Positions 14,202-23,298 are shown, counted from the stretch's first letter. The stretch: 64,000 nt of DNA from an uncultured Acidobacteriota bacterium (GCA_964561785.1 CAZLRF010000009.1:41686-105685), one strand, 5' to 3'. Made by a program: numbers and translations. The notes: generated by a model not told the origin, from the sequence alone.

Positions 14202-14851
14202 GCCGGCTCTTCGTGAAGGTCTGCGGTATCACGTCGCCCGAGGACGCGGCGCTCGCGGCCGAGGCGGGGGCCGACGCGGTCGGCCTCGTCTTCTGGCGGA
14301 AGAGCCCGCGGGCGGTGACCGTCGAGGCGGCCCGGAGGATCGGCGAGGCCCTGCCGCCCTCGGTGGTGCGCGTCGGCGTCTTCGTGGACGCCTCCCGGGA
14401 CGAGATGGCGCGGGCGGCCGACGCCGCCTCTCTCGACCTGCTGCAGCTGCACGGGGACGAGCCCCCCGAGGCGTGCGAGGGCCTGCCGCGCCGGGCGTGG
14501 AAGGCGCTGCGCGTGGGCGAGGGCTTCGCGCCGGAGGACGCGCGGCGCTACGAGGGCCGCGTGGCGGGGATCCTCCTCGACACCGGCGGCGGCGAGCCCG
14601 GGGGCACCGGCCGCGCGTTCGACTGGTCGCTCGCACGGGGCGTGCGCGAGCGGGCCCGCTTCCTCGTGCTCGCGGGCGGCCTCGGGCCCGACAACGTCCG
14701 CAACGCCGTCGCGGCCGTGCGTCCCGACGGCGTCGACGCGTCGAGCCGCCTGGAGAGAGAGCCGGGGCGGAAGGACCCCGCGAAGGTGAGGGCGTTCGTG
14801 CAGGCGGCGCGCGCCGCGACGGCGGACCCCGGGGAGGACGAGGAGGCATGA
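14198..14851 (+). CDS. trpF: phosphoribosylanthranilate isomerase
   Basis: PRAI ([33 protein letters not shown]); GTGA overlap. Confidence 0.88.
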
Positions 14852-16155
14852 GCACGGCACGGCACGCGGGCGTCTGGCCCGACGCAGCGGGGCGCTTCGG
14901 GCCCTACGGCGGGCGCTACGTCCCCGAGACCCTCATGGAGCCGCTGCGCGAGCTCGAGGAGGCGTATGCCTCCGCCCGCCGCGACCCCGGCTTCGAGGCG
15001 GAGCTGCAGAGGCTGCTGCGCGACTACGTGGGCCGGCCGACGCCTCTCGGCCTCGCCGCGCGGCTGTCGGAGCGCCTCGGCTGCCGGGTCTGGATGAAGC
15101 GCGAGGACCTCTGCCACACCGGCGCTCACAAGATCAACAACGCGCTCGGCCAGGCGCTCCTCGTGAAGCGGATGGGAAAGACGCGGGTCGTGGCCGAGAC
15201 CGGGGCCGGCCAGCACGGCGTCGCCACCGCCACCGTCTGCGCGCTGCTCGGGCTCGAGTGCGTCGTCTACATGGGCACCGAGGACATCGCCCGCCAGGCC
15301 CCGAACGTGAAGCGCATGCGGCTCCTCGGGGCGGAGGTGCGCGGCGTCGACTCGGGCACGCGCACGCTGAAGGACGCGATCAACGAGGCGATGCGCGACT
15401 GGGTCACGAACGTGCGCACGACCCACTACCTCCTCGGCTCCGTCCTCGGCTCGCACCCGTACCCGGCCATGGTGCGGGACTTCCAGGCGGTGATCGGCCG
15501 CGAGGCCCGCGCGCAGGTCCTCGAGGCGGACGGCCGTCTGCCCGACCTGCTGGTCGCCTGCGTGGGCGGCGGCTCGAACGCGATCGGCCTCTTCTTCGCC
15601 TTCCTCGAGGACGGGGGCGTGCGGATGGTGGGGGTCGAGGCGGGCGGGCGCGGGACGCGGCCCGGCGAGCACGCCGCGCGCTTCCTCGCCGAAGACGGAT
15701 CCGGGGCCGGCGTGGGCGTTCTCCAGGGCACCCGGACGTACCTCCTGCAGGACGCGGCCGGCAACGTGCTCGCGACCCACTCGGTCTCGGCCGGCCTCGA
15801 CTACCCGGCGGTGGGCCCCGAGCACGCGCTGCTGCACGACGAGGGTCGGGTCGAGTACGCCGCGGCGAGCGACGAGGAGGCCCTCGCCGCCTTCCACCTC
15901 CTGGGCGAGACCGAGGGCGTGCTGCCCGCCCTCGAGTCGGCTCACGCGGTGGCCTGGCTCGTCCGCGAGGCCAAGTCCCTCGCCGGCCGGACGGTCGTCC
16001 TCAACCTCAGCGGGAGAGGCGACAAAGATCTGGGGATACTCGAGCTCGAAGCCAAGCGACGCCACGGCAATCCAGGGGGGTCTGGGGGGATGGAGTCCCC
16101 CCAGAACAAGGAAGCCGGCACCGGCCTGGGCTTCGATGGTCGCAAGTCCCGATGA
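14848..16155 (+). CDS. trpB: tryptophan synthase beta chain, with ~30-aa low-complexity C-terminal extension
   Basis: PLP-dependent TrpB ([30 protein letters not shown]) followed by a Gly/Pro-rich tail ([14 protein letters not shown]...). ATGA overlap with trpF. Confidence 0.9.
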   Translation: MSTARHAGVWPDAAGRFGPYGGRYVPETLMEPLRELEEAYASARRDPGFEAELQRLLRDYVGRPTPLGLAARLSERLGCRVWMKREDLCHTGAHKINNALGQALLVKRMGKTRVVAETGAGQHGVATATVCALLGLECVVYMGTEDIARQAPNVKRMRLLGAEVRGVDSGTRTLKDAINEAMRDWVTNVRTTHYLLGSVLGSHPYPAMVRDFQAVIGREARAQVLEADGRLPDLLVACVGGGSNAIGLFFAFLEDGGVRMVGVEAGGRGTRPGEHAARFLAEDGSGAGVGVLQGTRTYLLQDAAGNVLATHSVSAGLDYPAVGPEHALLHDEGRVEYAAASDEEALAAFHLLGETEGVLPALESAHAVAWLVREAKSLAGRTVVLNLSGRGDKDLGILELEAKRRHGNPGGSGGMESPQNKEAGTGLGFDGRKSR

Positions 16156-16200
16156 TCTTCGCTCACCCCACCCGGTGCACGGCTGCTTCGGAGGACTGAG

Positions 16201-16629
16201 ATGAAGCGCACGAACGTCAAGGGGAACAGCCCCTACGAGCCGATCGTCGGCTACTCGCGGGCGGTGCGCGTCGGGGCGCACGTGGTCGTGGCCGGCACCA
16301 CCGCCACCGGCGAGGACGGGAAGATCGTGGGCAGGGGCGACGCCTACGCCCAGGCCGTGCAGTGCTTCCGCAACATCGAGAGGGCCCTGCACGAGGCGGG
16401 GGCCAACTTCCGCGACGTGGTGCGCACGCGCATGTACGTGACCGACATCTCGCGCTGGGAGGCGGTGGGGCGCGCCCACGGCCAGATCTTCCGCGACATC
16501 CGGCCCGCGGCCACGATGGTGGAGGTGAGCCGCCTCGTGGACCCCGACATGCTGGTCGAGATCGAGGTCGAGGCGGTGGTGGGGGAGGACACGACGCAGC
16601 GCCTGCCGAAGAAGGGAGTGGGCCGGTGA
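16201..16629 (+). CDS. ridA: RidA/YjgF/TdcF-family reactive-intermediate (enamine/imine) deaminase-like protein
   Basis: 142 aa with the YjgF fold signature ([47 protein letters not shown]). Inserted between trpB and trpA. Confidence 0.7.
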   Translation: MKRTNVKGNSPYEPIVGYSRAVRVGAHVVVAGTTATGEDGKIVGRGDAYAQAVQCFRNIERALHEAGANFRDVVRTRMYVTDISRWEAVGRAHGQIFRDIRPAATMVEVSRLVDPDMLVEIEVEAVVGEDTTQRLPKKGVGR

Positions 16630-16657
16630 GGGTCTCGACGCGGGAGGCCCGCTAGCG

Positions 16658-17434
16658 ATGGGCCGCATCGGGGCGCGCTTCGCGCGGAGGAGGGCCGAGG
16701 GGAAGCCGGCCTTCGTGGCGTTCCTGACCGCCGGCGACCCCTCGCTCGACGGCACGGTCGAGGCCGCGGTCGCCCTCGACGCGGCGGGCGCCGACGTCCT
16801 CGAGCTCGGGGTGCCGTTCTCCGACCCGCTGGCCGACGGGCCGGTCATCCAGCGCTCGAGCGAGCGGGCCCTCGCACGCGGCGTCACCCTCGAGGGCGTC
16901 CTCGGCGCGGTGCGGCGGATCCGCGAGCGGAGCGAGCTGCCGCTGCTGCTGTTCAGCTACGTGAACCCGCTCCTGCAGTACGGCCTCGAGCGCCTGGCCC
17001 GGGACGCGAAGGCGGCGGGAGCGGACGGGGCGCTGGTGACGGACCTCCCGCCGGAGGAGGCCGGGGAGTGGATCCCCGCCGCGCGCGCGGCGGACCTCGA
17101 CACGGTCTTCCTCGCCTCGCCCACGAGCCCGCCGGAGCGGCTGCGCCTCGTCGCGGAGGCGAGCCGCGGGTTCGTCTACGCGATCAGCCGGACGGGCGTG
17201 ACGGGGGAGCGCCAGGCGCTCTCGGCCGACGCCCGGCCGCTCGTCGAGCGGCTGCGGGCGCTCACGGACGTGCCGGTCGCGCTGGGCTTCGGCATCGGGA
17301 CCCCGGAGCAGGTGCGCGAGGCGGCGGCGGTGGCGGACGGGGTCGTGGTCGGGAGCGCGCTCGTGCGCTTCCTGGAGGAGCACCCGGAGGGGGACCTCGG
17401 GGCTCGGGTGAGATGGCTGACGAGCACGACATAG
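16658..17434 (+). CDS. trpA: tryptophan synthase alpha chain
   Basis: TrpA TIM barrel (FVAFLTAGDP, LELGVPFSDPLADGPVIQ, GFGIGT). Confidence 0.9.
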   Translation: MGRIGARFARRRAEGKPAFVAFLTAGDPSLDGTVEAAVALDAAGADVLELGVPFSDPLADGPVIQRSSERALARGVTLEGVLGAVRRIRERSELPLLLFSYVNPLLQYGLERLARDAKAAGADGALVTDLPPEEAGEWIPAARAADLDTVFLASPTSPPERLRLVAEASRGFVYAISRTGVTGERQALSADARPLVERLRALTDVPVALGFGIGTPEQVREAAAVADGVVVGSALVRFLEEHPEGDLGARVRWLTSTT

Positions 17435-17859
17435 GCGGGAAGACGGACCGGCCGCCGAAGATCCCCGCGCGGCCCGCGCCCCCGGGCGCCACGGCCGCGG
17501 AGGCGGTCCGCCCCGAAGAGGGAGCGGCCTCCCGCGGTGCGGCCCAGGTGGGCGAGCTGCGCCGGCGGATCGACCAGATCGACGATCAGCTCATGAAGCT
17601 GCTGAACGCGCGCTCGGCGTGCGCGGTGGAGATCGGGCGGATCAAGCGCCGGATCGGGATGGCGGTCTACCAGCCCGAGCGGGAGAAGTGGATCCTCGAA
17701 CGAGCCGAGCGCAACAACCCCGGCCCGCTCGACGCGAGCGCGGTGCGGCGGGTGTTCGAGCGCGTGATCGACGAGAGCCGTCGCCTCGAGCGCCTGGCCG
17801 GCGAGGCCGAGGCGCGCGGCGCGGCGGACGCGGCGGCGGAGCCCCCGGGCGAGCGGTAG
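17413..17859 (+). CDS. aroQ: chorismate mutase (AroQ class) with Pro/Ala-rich N-terminal extension
   Basis: AroQ helix motifs (LRRRIDQIDDQLMKLLNARSACAVEIGRIK, YQPEREKWILER). ATG 17413 overlaps trpA by 22 nt; an internal GTG near 17548 would give a canonical ~100-aa enzyme. Confidence 0.7.
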   Translation: MADEHDIGGKTDRPPKIPARPAPPGATAAEAVRPEEGAASRGAAQVGELRRRIDQIDDQLMKLLNARSACAVEIGRIKRRIGMAVYQPEREKWILERAERNNPGPLDASAVRRVFERVIDESRRLERLAGEAEARGAADAAAEPPGER

Positions 17860-17872
17860 GGAAGGAGACGAG

Positions 17873-18910
17873 GTGTCCATGGTCATCGTGATGGAGCATA
17901 CGGCCAGCGAGGAGAACGTCCAGAGGGTCATCGAGTCGCTGGTCGAGGCGGGCTACGACGTCCACCGCTCGAGCGGCGTCGACTTCACCGTCCTCGGCGC
18001 GGTGGGGGTCCCCACGCGGCCCGTCGACCCGAGGCTCGTCGAGGTCCTGCCCGGCGTGCGCGAGGTCGTCCGCGTCTCCGAGCCCTACAAGCTCGCCGGC
18101 CGCACGTTCAAGCCCGAGGACACGGTGGTCGACGTGGGGGGGGTCGGGGTGGGCGGGCCGGAGGTGATCGTCATGGCCGGACCCTGCTCGGTCGAGGGCC
18201 CGGACCAGGTGGGGGCGGTGGCGCGCTCGGTCGCCGCGTCGGGCGCGCGCGTGCTCCGCGGGGGCGCCTTCAAGCCCCGGACGTCGCCCTACTCCTTCCA
18301 GGGCCACGGCGAAGCGGCGCTCGGGTGGATGCGCGCCGCGGCCGACGCGAACGGCATGGCGGTGGTGAGCGAGGTCATGGACCCCCGGCAGATCGAGATG
18401 ATGATGCGCCACGTCGACTGCCTGCAGGTTGGTGCCCGCAACATGCAGAACTTCGAGCTGCTGAAGGAGCTCGGCCGCGTGCGCAAGCCGGTCCTCCTCA
18501 AGCGCGGCCTCTCCGCGACCATCGAGGAGTGGCTCCTCTCCGCGGAGTACGTGCTCTCCGGGGGGAACGGCCAGGTGATCCTGTGCGAGCGCGGGATCCG
18601 CACCTTCGAGAGCTACACCCGCAACACGCTCGACATCTCCGCGATCCCGGTGGTGAAGAAGCGGAGCCACCTGCCGATCGTGGTCGACCCGAGCCACGGC
18701 ACCGGCCGGCGCGAGAAGGTCATCCCCATGGCCCGGGCCGCGGTCGCGGCGGGCGCCGACGGCCTCCTGATCGAGGTCCACGACAACCCCGAGAAGGCCC
18801 TCTCCGACGGCCCCCAGAGCCTCTACCCCGACCAGTTCGACCGGCTCATGGGGGAGCTGCGGATCATCGCCCCTGTCCTCGGGCGGTCCATTCCCCTCGC
18901 GCGGGGCTGA
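17873..18910 (+). CDS. 3-deoxy-7-phosphoheptulonate (DAHP) synthase, class I-beta, with N-terminal ferredoxin-like regulatory domain
   Basis: KDO8PS-like catalytic core (VMAGPCSVEG, KPRTSPYSFQG, VVDPSHGTG) preceded by a ~70-aa FL/ACT-like domain, as in the Thermotoga-type allosteric enzyme. Strong SD GGAAGGAGA upstream. Confidence 0.85.
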   Translation: MSMVIVMEHTASEENVQRVIESLVEAGYDVHRSSGVDFTVLGAVGVPTRPVDPRLVEVLPGVREVVRVSEPYKLAGRTFKPEDTVVDVGGVGVGGPEVIVMAGPCSVEGPDQVGAVARSVAASGARVLRGGAFKPRTSPYSFQGHGEAALGWMRAAADANGMAVVSEVMDPRQIEMMMRHVDCLQVGARNMQNFELLKELGRVRKPVLLKRGLSATIEEWLLSAEYVLSGGNGQVILCERGIRTFESYTRNTLDISAIPVVKKRSHLPIVVDPSHGTGRREKVIPMARAAVAAGADGLLIEVHDNPEKALSDGPQSLYPDQFDRLMGELRIIAPVLGRSIPLARG

Positions 18911-18922
18911 CCCCCGGGGGTC
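18909..18922. repeat. 14-nt perfect palindrome GACCCCCGGGGGTC overlapping the DAHP synthase stop codon
   Basis: Self-complementary sequence between convergent genes; no loop and no U-tract. Confidence 0.3.
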
Positions 18923-18986
18923 GCGGTCGCCGAGGACGGGGGCGCGCGGCACCTCGTCGAGCGTCCTCCGAAGCACGCCCGCCCGA

Positions 18987-20057
18987 CTAGGCCACGCGCC
19001 CCGGCCCGCCGCTCGGCAGGCGCAGCTCCACCCGGAACTCCGATACGCCCGGCCGCGCCTCGACGAGCGCGCCGTCGCCGTGCAGGGCGGCGAGCCGGCG
19101 CCTGACGTTCTGCAGGCCGATCCCGGTGCCCTTCCGTGCCGGGGCGTCGGGATCACGCGGGTTGGTGACCGCGATCCGCAGCTCGTCCCCCCGCCGCGCG
19201 GCCTCGATGCGGATCTCGCCGCCGTCGAGCCGCTGGGCGATGCCGTGGGTGACCGCGTTCTCGACGAGGGGCTGGAGGAGGAGGGGGGGGACCGGGCAGG
19301 CCCGCGCCGCCTCGTCGGCCGCCACCGTGTGCGAGAGCCGCTCGCCGAAGCGCACCTTCTCGATCGCGAGCAGCTGCAGGGCGAGGTCGAGCTCCTCGGC
19401 GAGGGGGATCGACTCGCGGGCGCCCACGGTGAGGCTGCGGCGGAGGAAGTCGGCGAGCCCCACGCACAGCCGCCGCGCCTCCTCCGGCCGCGAGGCGATG
19501 AGGGCGTTGATCGAGTTGAGGCTGTTGAAGAGGAAGTGGGGGTGGATCTGCGCCCGCAGCGCGCGCAGCTCCGCCTCGCGCGAGGCGATCTCGAGCTCGA
19601 GGGCCCTCCGCTCGGCCGCCTGCGACGCGCCGAGCGCGAGGAGCAGGTAGTGCAGCGCGGAGGTCAGCAGGAAGAGGGCCACCCCGAGGCCGAGGAGGAG
19701 GGGCGCCGTCTCCAGCTGCCGGGCGAGGAGGCCGGGGAAGACGTCGAGGCGGTCGAGGAGGGACGCCCACGCGCGGGCGGCGGCCAGCCAGAGGACGGCG
19801 GAGACGGAAGCGGCGACGAGCTGGGCGCCCAGCGAGCGGAGGAGGCGCGAGAGGCGGAGCGGGGCGGCCTGGCACACCCAGAACGCGCCGAGGCCGACGA
19901 AGCCGAACACCAGCGCGAGGGGCACGGCGAAGACGAGCGCCTCCGTCCACGCGAACGGGGCGGCGAGCACGAGCTGCCCCCCGACCAGAGCGCCGACGAG
20001 CGCCCACGCGGCGAGGTAGGCCCCGAACCGGCGCCAGTCGGCGAGGATCGGGTGCAT
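18987..20057 (-). CDS. LytS/YehU-family sensor histidine kinase (membrane)
   Basis: N-terminal TM helices; His_kinase (PF06580-type) H-box HPHFLFNSLNSINALI; HATPase_c G-box GTGIGLQNVRRRL. Confidence 0.8.
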   Translation of the reverse strand: MHPILADWRRFGAYLAAWALVGALVGGQLVLAAPFAWTEALVFAVPLALVFGFVGLGAFWVCQAAPLRLSRLLRSLGAQLVAASVSAVLWLAAARAWASLLDRLDVFPGLLARQLETAPLLLGLGVALFLLTSALHYLLLALGASQAAERRALELEIASREAELRALRAQIHPHFLFNSLNSINALIASRPEEARRLCVGLADFLRRSLTVGARESIPLAEELDLALQLLAIEKVRFGERLSHTVAADEAARACPVPPLLLQPLVENAVTHGIAQRLDGGEIRIEAARRGDELRIAVTNPRDPDAPARKGTGIGLQNVRRRLAALHGDGALVEARPGVSEFRVELRLPSGGPGRVA

Positions 20058-20060
20058 GGG

Positions 20061-20786
20061 TCAGTTCTTGACCTCGACGCCTCCCATGATCGCGAGGCCG
20101 GTGACCACGAGGCGGCGCCTCGACCCGGCCAGAGGCCGCGCGTTGTTCACGAAGCCCCCGAGCACGGCGTTGCCCCGGCTCACGACCTCCCAGTCGTCGG
20201 GCACCTTGATCTCGATGCCGCCCCAGAACGCGAACGTGTCGATCACGGCGGGACGCCCCTCCGGCATCGACGCGCCGCGCAGGTCGATCTCGCAGCCGCC
20301 CATCACCGCCGTGGCCTGGCCGCCCTTGAAGTCCGCCGTCGTGATCACCGTCTTGGTGCCGCCCATGAACTGCACGAGGTCGAGGGCGGGGGAGGCGTCG
20401 GCGGGGACGGGCGGCGGGCGCAGGGCCTTCCACGCGATGTTGGCGCCGACGGCGAAGATCACGAGGGCCCACACGCCGGCGAACGACATCCGGCCCAGGC
20501 TCACGAGGAGGAAGGCGAGGCCGGCCACGATCCAGACGATCGCCGAGGAGCCACGCCCCGTCGGCGAGAGCAGCTTGACCACCCCGACCGCGACGAGGGC
20601 GAGGGGCCAGAAGCGGAACAGCGTGCTTCCGTCCACGAGGCCGAGGCTGTCGAGGGCGAGCACGAGCCCCGCGAGCATGATCGCGAGGCCGACGACGAGC
20701 CGGGGGGTGATCCTGACGTCGGCCGCCGGCTTCTCGGGGTTCCACGGGGGGGTCATCTCCTGCCTCCGACCATAACTTACGGCCAA
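20061..20786 (-). CDS. LiaF-like / DUF2154-type membrane protein (putative kinase-associated stress module)
   Basis: 3-4 TM helices followed by a beta-rich C-terminal domain (GGTKTVITTADFKGG...GGIEIKVPDDWEVV...GGVEVKN) resembling LiaF/YvqF. Located 3 nt upstream of the histidine kinase on the same strand. Confidence 0.55.
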   Translation of the reverse strand: MAVSYGRRQEMTPPWNPEKPAADVRITPRLVVGLAIMLAGLVLALDSLGLVDGSTLFRFWPLALVAVGVVKLLSPTGRGSSAIVWIVAGLAFLLVSLGRMSFAGVWALVIFAVGANIAWKALRPPPVPADASPALDLVQFMGGTKTVITTADFKGGQATAVMGGCEIDLRGASMPEGRPAVIDTFAFWGGIEIKVPDDWEVVSRGNAVLGGFVNNARPLAGSRRRLVVTGLAIMGGVEVKN

Positions 20787-20881
20787 ACAGCAGCTTCCGA
20801 AAGGCGCGAATCGGCCAACTCCCGGCCGAAGCCGGCGGGTGACGGGGCCTTTCGACCTAGAATGCCGTAGATCGAGGCGGC

Positions 20882-22534
20882 ATGATCGGCCAGACCCTGT
20901 CGCACTACAAGGTGATCGAGGAGCTCGGCCGGGGCGGGATCGGCGTCGTCTACCGGGCGCTCGACACGACGCTCGGGCGGGAGGTCGCCCTCAAGGTCCT
21001 CGGCCCCGCGGCAGGGCGCGACGCCGAGCAGCAGCGCCGGCTCGAGCAGGAGGCGCGGGCGGCGGCCGCGCTCGCCCACCCCGCGGTCGCGGTCGTCTAC
21101 GAGATCGACGAGGCGGAGGGGGTCACGTTCATCGCGATGGAGCTCGTCCGGGGACGCCCCCTCGCCGCCCTCGTCGCCTCGACGCCCCTCGAGCCCGCGC
21201 GCGGGCTCGACCTCGCGATCGAGATCGCCGAGGGTCTCGCAGAGGCCCACGCCCGCGGCGTCGTCCACCGCGACCTCAAGCCGAAGAACGTCATGCTGAC
21301 CGAGTCGGGCCACGCGAAGATCATCGACTTCGGGCTCGCCAAGCTCCTGCGCCCGCGTCCCCCGTTCGAGAGCGGGGCGGACACGCCGGCGTGGGGCGAC
21401 ACCGACCCCGGCCGCATCCTCGGCACCGCCGCCTACATGTCGCCCGAGCAGGTGCGGGGAGCCGACGTCGACGCGCGCAGCGACCTGTTCTCCTTCGGGG
21501 CGCTCCTCTACGAGGTCCTGGCCGGCGAGCCGGCGTTCCGGCGCGAGACCGGGGTCGAGACGCTGCACGCGGTGCTGAAGGAGCCGGCGCCGCGCCTGCG
21601 CGGGGCGGGGCTCGGCGCGGCGGCGCCCGTCGTCGAGCGCGTGCTCGACCGCTGCCTCGCCAAGTCGCCGCAGGACCGCTACCCGTCGGCGGCCGAGCTC
21701 CTCGCGGACCTGCGCGAGGCGCGACGCCGCCTCGAGGCCGCCTCGGACCCCGCGAGGCGGCCCCCGCCCGCGCCTCCCGTCGCCTCGCCCCCGCCCGCCG
21801 TCCTGCGGGCGCTCGTCGTCGACGACGAGGAGCCGGCCCGCCAGATCCTGCGCGAGTACCTCGGCCGGGCCGGGGGGGTCGAGGTGGTCGGGGAGTGCCG
21901 CAACGGCTTCGAGGCGGTCAAGGCGGTGAACGACCTGCGGCCGGACCTCCTGTTCCTCGACGTCCAGATGCCGAAGCTCGACGGCTTCGAGGTCCTCGAG
22001 CTGCTGGGCAGGGACGTCGCCGTGGTGTTCGTCACCGCCTTCGACGAGCACGCGATCCGCGCGTTCGAGGTGAACGCGGTCGACTACATCCTCAAGCCCG
22101 TGTCGCCCGAGCGTGTCGTGGCCGCCCTCGACCGGGCGCGCCGGCGGCTCCTCTCCCGTACGCCCCTGCCGGCGGCCGCGCTCGCCGCCGCCGCCCGGCC
22201 GGCCGGAGAGCCCGTCTCGCGCATCGTCGTCCGCCAGGGGCCGCGCGTCCACGTGATCCCCGCGGAGAAGCTCGACTACGCGGAGGCCCAGGACGACTAC
22301 GTGGCCCTCCACGCGGAGGGCCGCTCGCACCTCAAGCAGCAGACCCTGGCCGACCTCGAGGGCTCGCTCGATCCCCGCCGCTTCGTGCGGATCCACCGCT
22401 CGTACCTGCTCAACCTCGACCGCCTCGCCCGCATCGACTCCGAGGGCGGCGAGCCGAAGGCCGTGGTGCTCGCGGACGGGACGCGGCTGCCCCTGAGCCG
22501 CTCCGGGTACGGCCGGCTGAAGGGGCTGCTGTAG
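20882..22534 (+). CDS. hybrid Hanks-type Ser/Thr protein kinase fused to a LytTR-family response regulator (STK-REC-LytTR)
   Basis: Kinase subdomains (LGRGGIGVVY, VALKVL, HRDLKPKNVML, DFGLAK, GTAAYMSPE); Pro-rich linker; REC (LVVDDEEPARQIL, LLFLDVQMPKLDG, VVFVTAF, YILKP); LytTR (VVRQGPRVHVIPAEKLDYAEAQDDYVALHAEGRSHL...FVRIHRSYLLNLDRL). One continuous 550-aa frame. Confidence 0.8.
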   Translation: MIGQTLSHYKVIEELGRGGIGVVYRALDTTLGREVALKVLGPAAGRDAEQQRRLEQEARAAAALAHPAVAVVYEIDEAEGVTFIAMELVRGRPLAALVASTPLEPARGLDLAIEIAEGLAEAHARGVVHRDLKPKNVMLTESGHAKIIDFGLAKLLRPRPPFESGADTPAWGDTDPGRILGTAAYMSPEQVRGADVDARSDLFSFGALLYEVLAGEPAFRRETGVETLHAVLKEPAPRLRGAGLGAAAPVVERVLDRCLAKSPQDRYPSAAELLADLREARRRLEAASDPARRPPPAPPVASPPPAVLRALVVDDEEPARQILREYLGRAGGVEVVGECRNGFEAVKAVNDLRPDLLFLDVQMPKLDGFEVLELLGRDVAVVFVTAFDEHAIRAFEVNAVDYILKPVSPERVVAALDRARRRLLSRTPLPAAALAAAARPAGEPVSRIVVRQGPRVHVIPAEKLDYAEAQDDYVALHAEGRSHLKQQTLADLEGSLDPRRFVRIHRSYLLNLDRLARIDSEGGEPKAVVLADGTRLPLSRSGYGRLKGLL

Positions 22535-22536
22535 GC

Positions 22537-23256
22537 CTAGGCCTCGCGGGCCTCGTCCGCCCCGATCGCGGGCAGGAGGCGCTCGGGGGCGGGGCTGTCG
22601 AGGAAGAGCAGGTTGAGCCGCGGCTGACCGTCCGCGCCGATCGAGATGTTGCGCACCTCGGCCCGCGTCTTGAAGTCCCCGCCGATCTCCTCGACCTGGA
22701 GGATCGCGCCCTTGAGCACGGGGAGGGTGACCGCCCGGACCCGGGCCCCCCACAGGCTCACGTCCTCGGCGACGGTCCTCTCCTCGACCGCGATCCCGCC
22801 GGGGGCGTGCTCCGCCTCGAGCCGCAGGCTGAGCCGTGCCACGTGGCGGGGGAACTTGCGCCGCTCGACGGGGACGGGGTCGCCGGGCATCAGGAACAGC
22901 TCGCCCGGGAGCGACTGCGCTCCCCGCGGCGGGTTCTTGCCGAGGAAGACGACGCCGATGCGCAGCCCGCCGCCCGGAGCGGGGCGCGCGTTGCGGACGA
23001 GCGTGTAGACGCGGTACGAGGGGTCGGTGAGGTCGTACTGCCGGAAGCGCTGGGGCAGCGGGAGCGAGAGGTGGAGGACCTGGCCGAGGACCACCGGTCG
23101 GCTCAGCCGCAGGCCGACGCCCCCCGGGGAGGCGTCCTCGCAGGTCGCCATCTCCTCCCAGGTCGTCCCGTCGCTCTCGCGCCCCTGGACGCGCACCGGG
23201 AGCTTGAGGGGAACACGCCTCTGCTTCCGGCGCTCGGCCCCGCCTCCCTGGGTCAT
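22537..23256 (-). CDS. tandem PilZ-domain protein (putative c-di-GMP receptor)
   Basis: Two PilZ signatures: RRVPLKLPVRV...EDASPGGVGL and RRKFPRHVARL...EDVSLWGARV (RxxxR + DxSxxG). The ORF upstream of 23256 is antisense to the ABC ATPase and was trimmed. Confidence 0.65.
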   Translation of the reverse strand: MTQGGGAERRKQRRVPLKLPVRVQGRESDGTTWEEMATCEDASPGGVGLRLSRPVVLGQVLHLSLPLPQRFRQYDLTDPSYRVYTLVRNARPAPGGGLRIGVVFLGKNPPRGAQSLPGELFLMPGDPVPVERRKFPRHVARLSLRLEAEHAPGGIAVEERTVAEDVSLWGARVRAVTLPVLKGAILQVEEIGGDFKTRAEVRNISIGADGQPRLNLLFLDSPAPERLLPAIGADEAREA

Positions 23257-23298
23257 GCCTGGCCGGGAAGCTAGCACAAATCGGATAACCTTGCGCTG

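Noticed and set aside
20787-20881. Sigma70 promoter call in the divergent LiaF-like/kinase intergenic region (TAGAAT at 20857-20862)
   Set aside because: A -10-like hexamer is present but no properly spaced -35 element could be identified by eye; mentioned only as context.
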